A DNA stretch of 64,000 nucleotides from Anthoceros angustus (Eukaryota > Plantae > Anthocerotophyta). A program made the position numbers and the translations under genes. The stretch spans positions 795,478 through 859,477 of the forward strand of contig MU008154.1 of NCBI GenBank assembly GCA_010909165.1. Direction: 5' to 3'. The notes under the pieces were generated by a model. That model was not told where the DNA came from. It searched no databases and was given only the letters and a program-made list of their open reading frames with translations. Shown here piece by piece: positions 62,058-64,000 of the stretch; the first letter of the stretch is position 1, and each line of letters opens with the position of its first letter.

Positions 62058-63998
62058 TCATCTGGCAAGGGTTCTACCACTCTTGAACTTCGTCCAACTG
62101 GGGCGGGAGCATGCCAGCGAAACCGCCGTGGGCTCACTGCGGGGCGAGTGCTTGGAGGATGATCTTCCCGCATCCGTCAAGGGTGATGTACTCACACCTT
62201 GGTGACTCAGCTTTTTCTCAAGCTCTGCATCTTCCTCGTTATCAGATTTCATGAAGGGCAGGACTCGTGAAGACGACGAGCCTGGCTTCATGCTAGGGTT
62301 GCTGGGCAGCAATCCTCTTTGAACCATCCTGGCGTGCTGCTGAGCCTCGGCGCTTCTCTGGCTATCCTGCAGAGCCTGTCGATTAATCTTCTCAAAGACA
62401 AGATGGTAGGGCTTAGGTTCAGCCGCTTTCCCAGACCCTGTAGCTGTGTCCAATTGCTCTACCGTTCCAACCTTCGGAGAGACAGGCACTTTCGGTCTTG
62501 GTGACTCCCTTTGAAGATCACGGACTATTCTTGGTGACACAGACTCCCTTTGCAAATCACTCACTGCTCGTCGTGACACAGATTCCCTTGGCAGCTCTAT
62601 GTTTCTCAATGGCTCCGTTGGTGATTCCCTCATTCTCGGCGACTCCCTGTGCAGGTCGCTAAGCCCAGGGGACTCCCTTCTCAACCTAGGTGAGCCCCTC
62701 TGCTCAGTCCTAACCGACATCAACTCTTTCTTTGCTGGATCGCATAGAGGTGCGTCTCTGAACGCCAATCCCTTGAACTGCTGCCTGGCAGCCCTCTCCG
62801 CAAGAAGAGACTTCCGCAGCTCCTCAAGATTCACAGGAGGAGATGCTTTTGACGGCTTCTGCTCAGCCTCCGGCGTCCTCTCTGACGAGGAAATGGACGT
62901 GGAGTGTCTCGCATCTTCCCGGGGAGAATTCCTGAGAGAGGAGGCAGCACCGGCACCTCTGCTTCCATCATCCGGCAGGCCCGCGGAGATATGCAAACGG
63001 CTGAATTCCGGGGCTTTAACCAAACTGCTGGTGCTTGGCCGTCCCGACAACGGGCTGCTGCTGCTGCTGCTGCATACAGCGGACACTCTCCCAGCGGCGA
63101 TGGCCTCCGGACTGCACACCGCGACATCTTCCGCTCCGTCCACAGCCACGTCCTTCTCCCCAGCGTACACCGGCACGGCCTTCTCGTCCGCCTCAGCCTC
63201 ATCATCGTACCAGTGACTGGTGCTCCTACTCCCCTTGGCGGGAGGCGAACCTTCCACCAGCAGGTCGGGCGAGAAGGGGACGAGCGCCACTCTCGCCGAC
63301 CCCCGCATCCGCACAGTCTTCCTCACGCTCGATCCTTCCCGTCTGGACGCGGATCTGGTCAATTTAGGCTCCCTCACCACGTCCTGCATCCGGGAAGACT
63401 TGTTCTTCCTCCTCCCTATCCGGTAGTCCGGCACCCCCTGCGCCGAGAGCTCGTGTCGACTCTCCCTTTCCCCGCTGCTCTCCAGCAGCATGTCGGTGGA
63501 ATCCTCCGACGCCTTCCTCCGGTGCCGAGGCCTGGCCGCAATGTAGGCTGGCGTGTCTCCCTCCTTCGGCACCCGACAGGACCCGAAATCCCGCTGCAAC
63601 AGCTGCTGCCTGCGCTGCGTCTTCTTAAGCGTCCGGTGCCGACGGCTCCCCGGCTGCCTGGCGGTCATGAGCGGAAGCCCGCAGGACACGGAAATAGCCT
63701 CCCTCGTGATCCCAAGCTCGTTGTGGAAGAAGCGCGAAATGCCATTCCCACTCCCACTCCCACTCCCTCCCTCCTTCTGCGGCTCCAGCCTCCTCGTCTT
63801 CTCCATCTCCGCCTTCTCCCGCTCCATCAACGTGAAGATAGTCCCGGTGCTCCCCACCCGGATCGGACTCCCGGGCCGGAAGTCCTCCGCACCGCTCTCC
63901 AAAAACGCCATATCGGCCTGCGACACCGGAGGCAGGGGCAGCTCCCAGGAGGCCACAGACGCGGGTACTATCGCCTGACGCTCCATCATCTGCACCAA
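62058..63998 (-). CDS. Uncharacterised Ser/Arg/Pro-rich, probably disordered protein (646 aa; may start beyond the window edge)
   Basis: Long uninterrupted ORF; N-terminal PIRVGSTGTIFTLMERE motif; internal (DL)xRES(P/V) repeats. Confidence 0.75.
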   Translation of the reverse strand: MVQMMERQAIVPASVASWELPLPPVSQADMAFLESGAEDFRPGSPIRVGSTGTIFTLMEREKAEMEKTRRLEPQKEGGSGSGSGNGISRFFHNELGITREAISVSCGLPLMTARQPGSRRHRTLKKTQRRQQLLQRDFGSCRVPKEGDTPAYIAARPRHRRKASEDSTDMLLESSGERESRHELSAQGVPDYRIGRRKNKSSRMQDVVREPKLTRSASRREGSSVRKTVRMRGSARVALVPFSPDLLVEGSPPAKGSRSTSHWYDDEAEADEKAVPVYAGEKDVAVDGAEDVAVCSPEAIAAGRVSAVCSSSSSSPLSGRPSTSSLVKAPEFSRLHISAGLPDDGSRGAGAASSLRNSPREDARHSTSISSSERTPEAEQKPSKASPPVNLEELRKSLLAERAARQQFKGLAFRDAPLCDPAKKELMSVRTEQRGSPRLRRESPGLSDLHRESPRMRESPTEPLRNIELPRESVSRRAVSDLQRESVSPRIVRDLQRESPRPKVPVSPKVGTVEQLDTATGSGKAAEPKPYHLVFEKINRQALQDSQRSAEAQQHARMVQRGLLPSNPSMKPGSSSSRVLPFMKSDNEEDAELEKKLSHQGVSTSPLTDAGRSSSKHSPRSEPTAVSLACSRPSWTKFKSGRTLAR

Positions 63999-64000
63999 GA

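Overview
Eukaryotic, almost certainly non-seed land-plant nuclear DNA; the WW-type PPR PG box suggests a hornwort (inference). About 90% is nested transposons between a decayed PLS-class PPR gene on the left and two intact convergent genes on the right (6-exon RabC/Rab18 GTPase; intronless 646-aa unknown protein). Most notable is a 9-kb minus-strand Ty3/gypsy element (12920-21913). Its pol carries a C5 DNA-methyltransferase domain between protease and RT and a PHD finger after the integrase. It has a self-priming PBS and is present as a circularly permuted 2-LTR molecule with no target-site duplication. Also present: an Athila-like element with 4.5-5.4 kb LTRs that each contain a protein-coding ORF, a second RT-deleted copy of it, a third Ty3 family, a copia-derived element with near-identical LTRs but a decayed interior, and a probable CACTA-like end. 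The TE regions are indel-rich with many local duplications while the host genes are clean, so many TE frameshifts may be assembly error. TE domain calls were made by manual translation across frameshifts; no searches were run.
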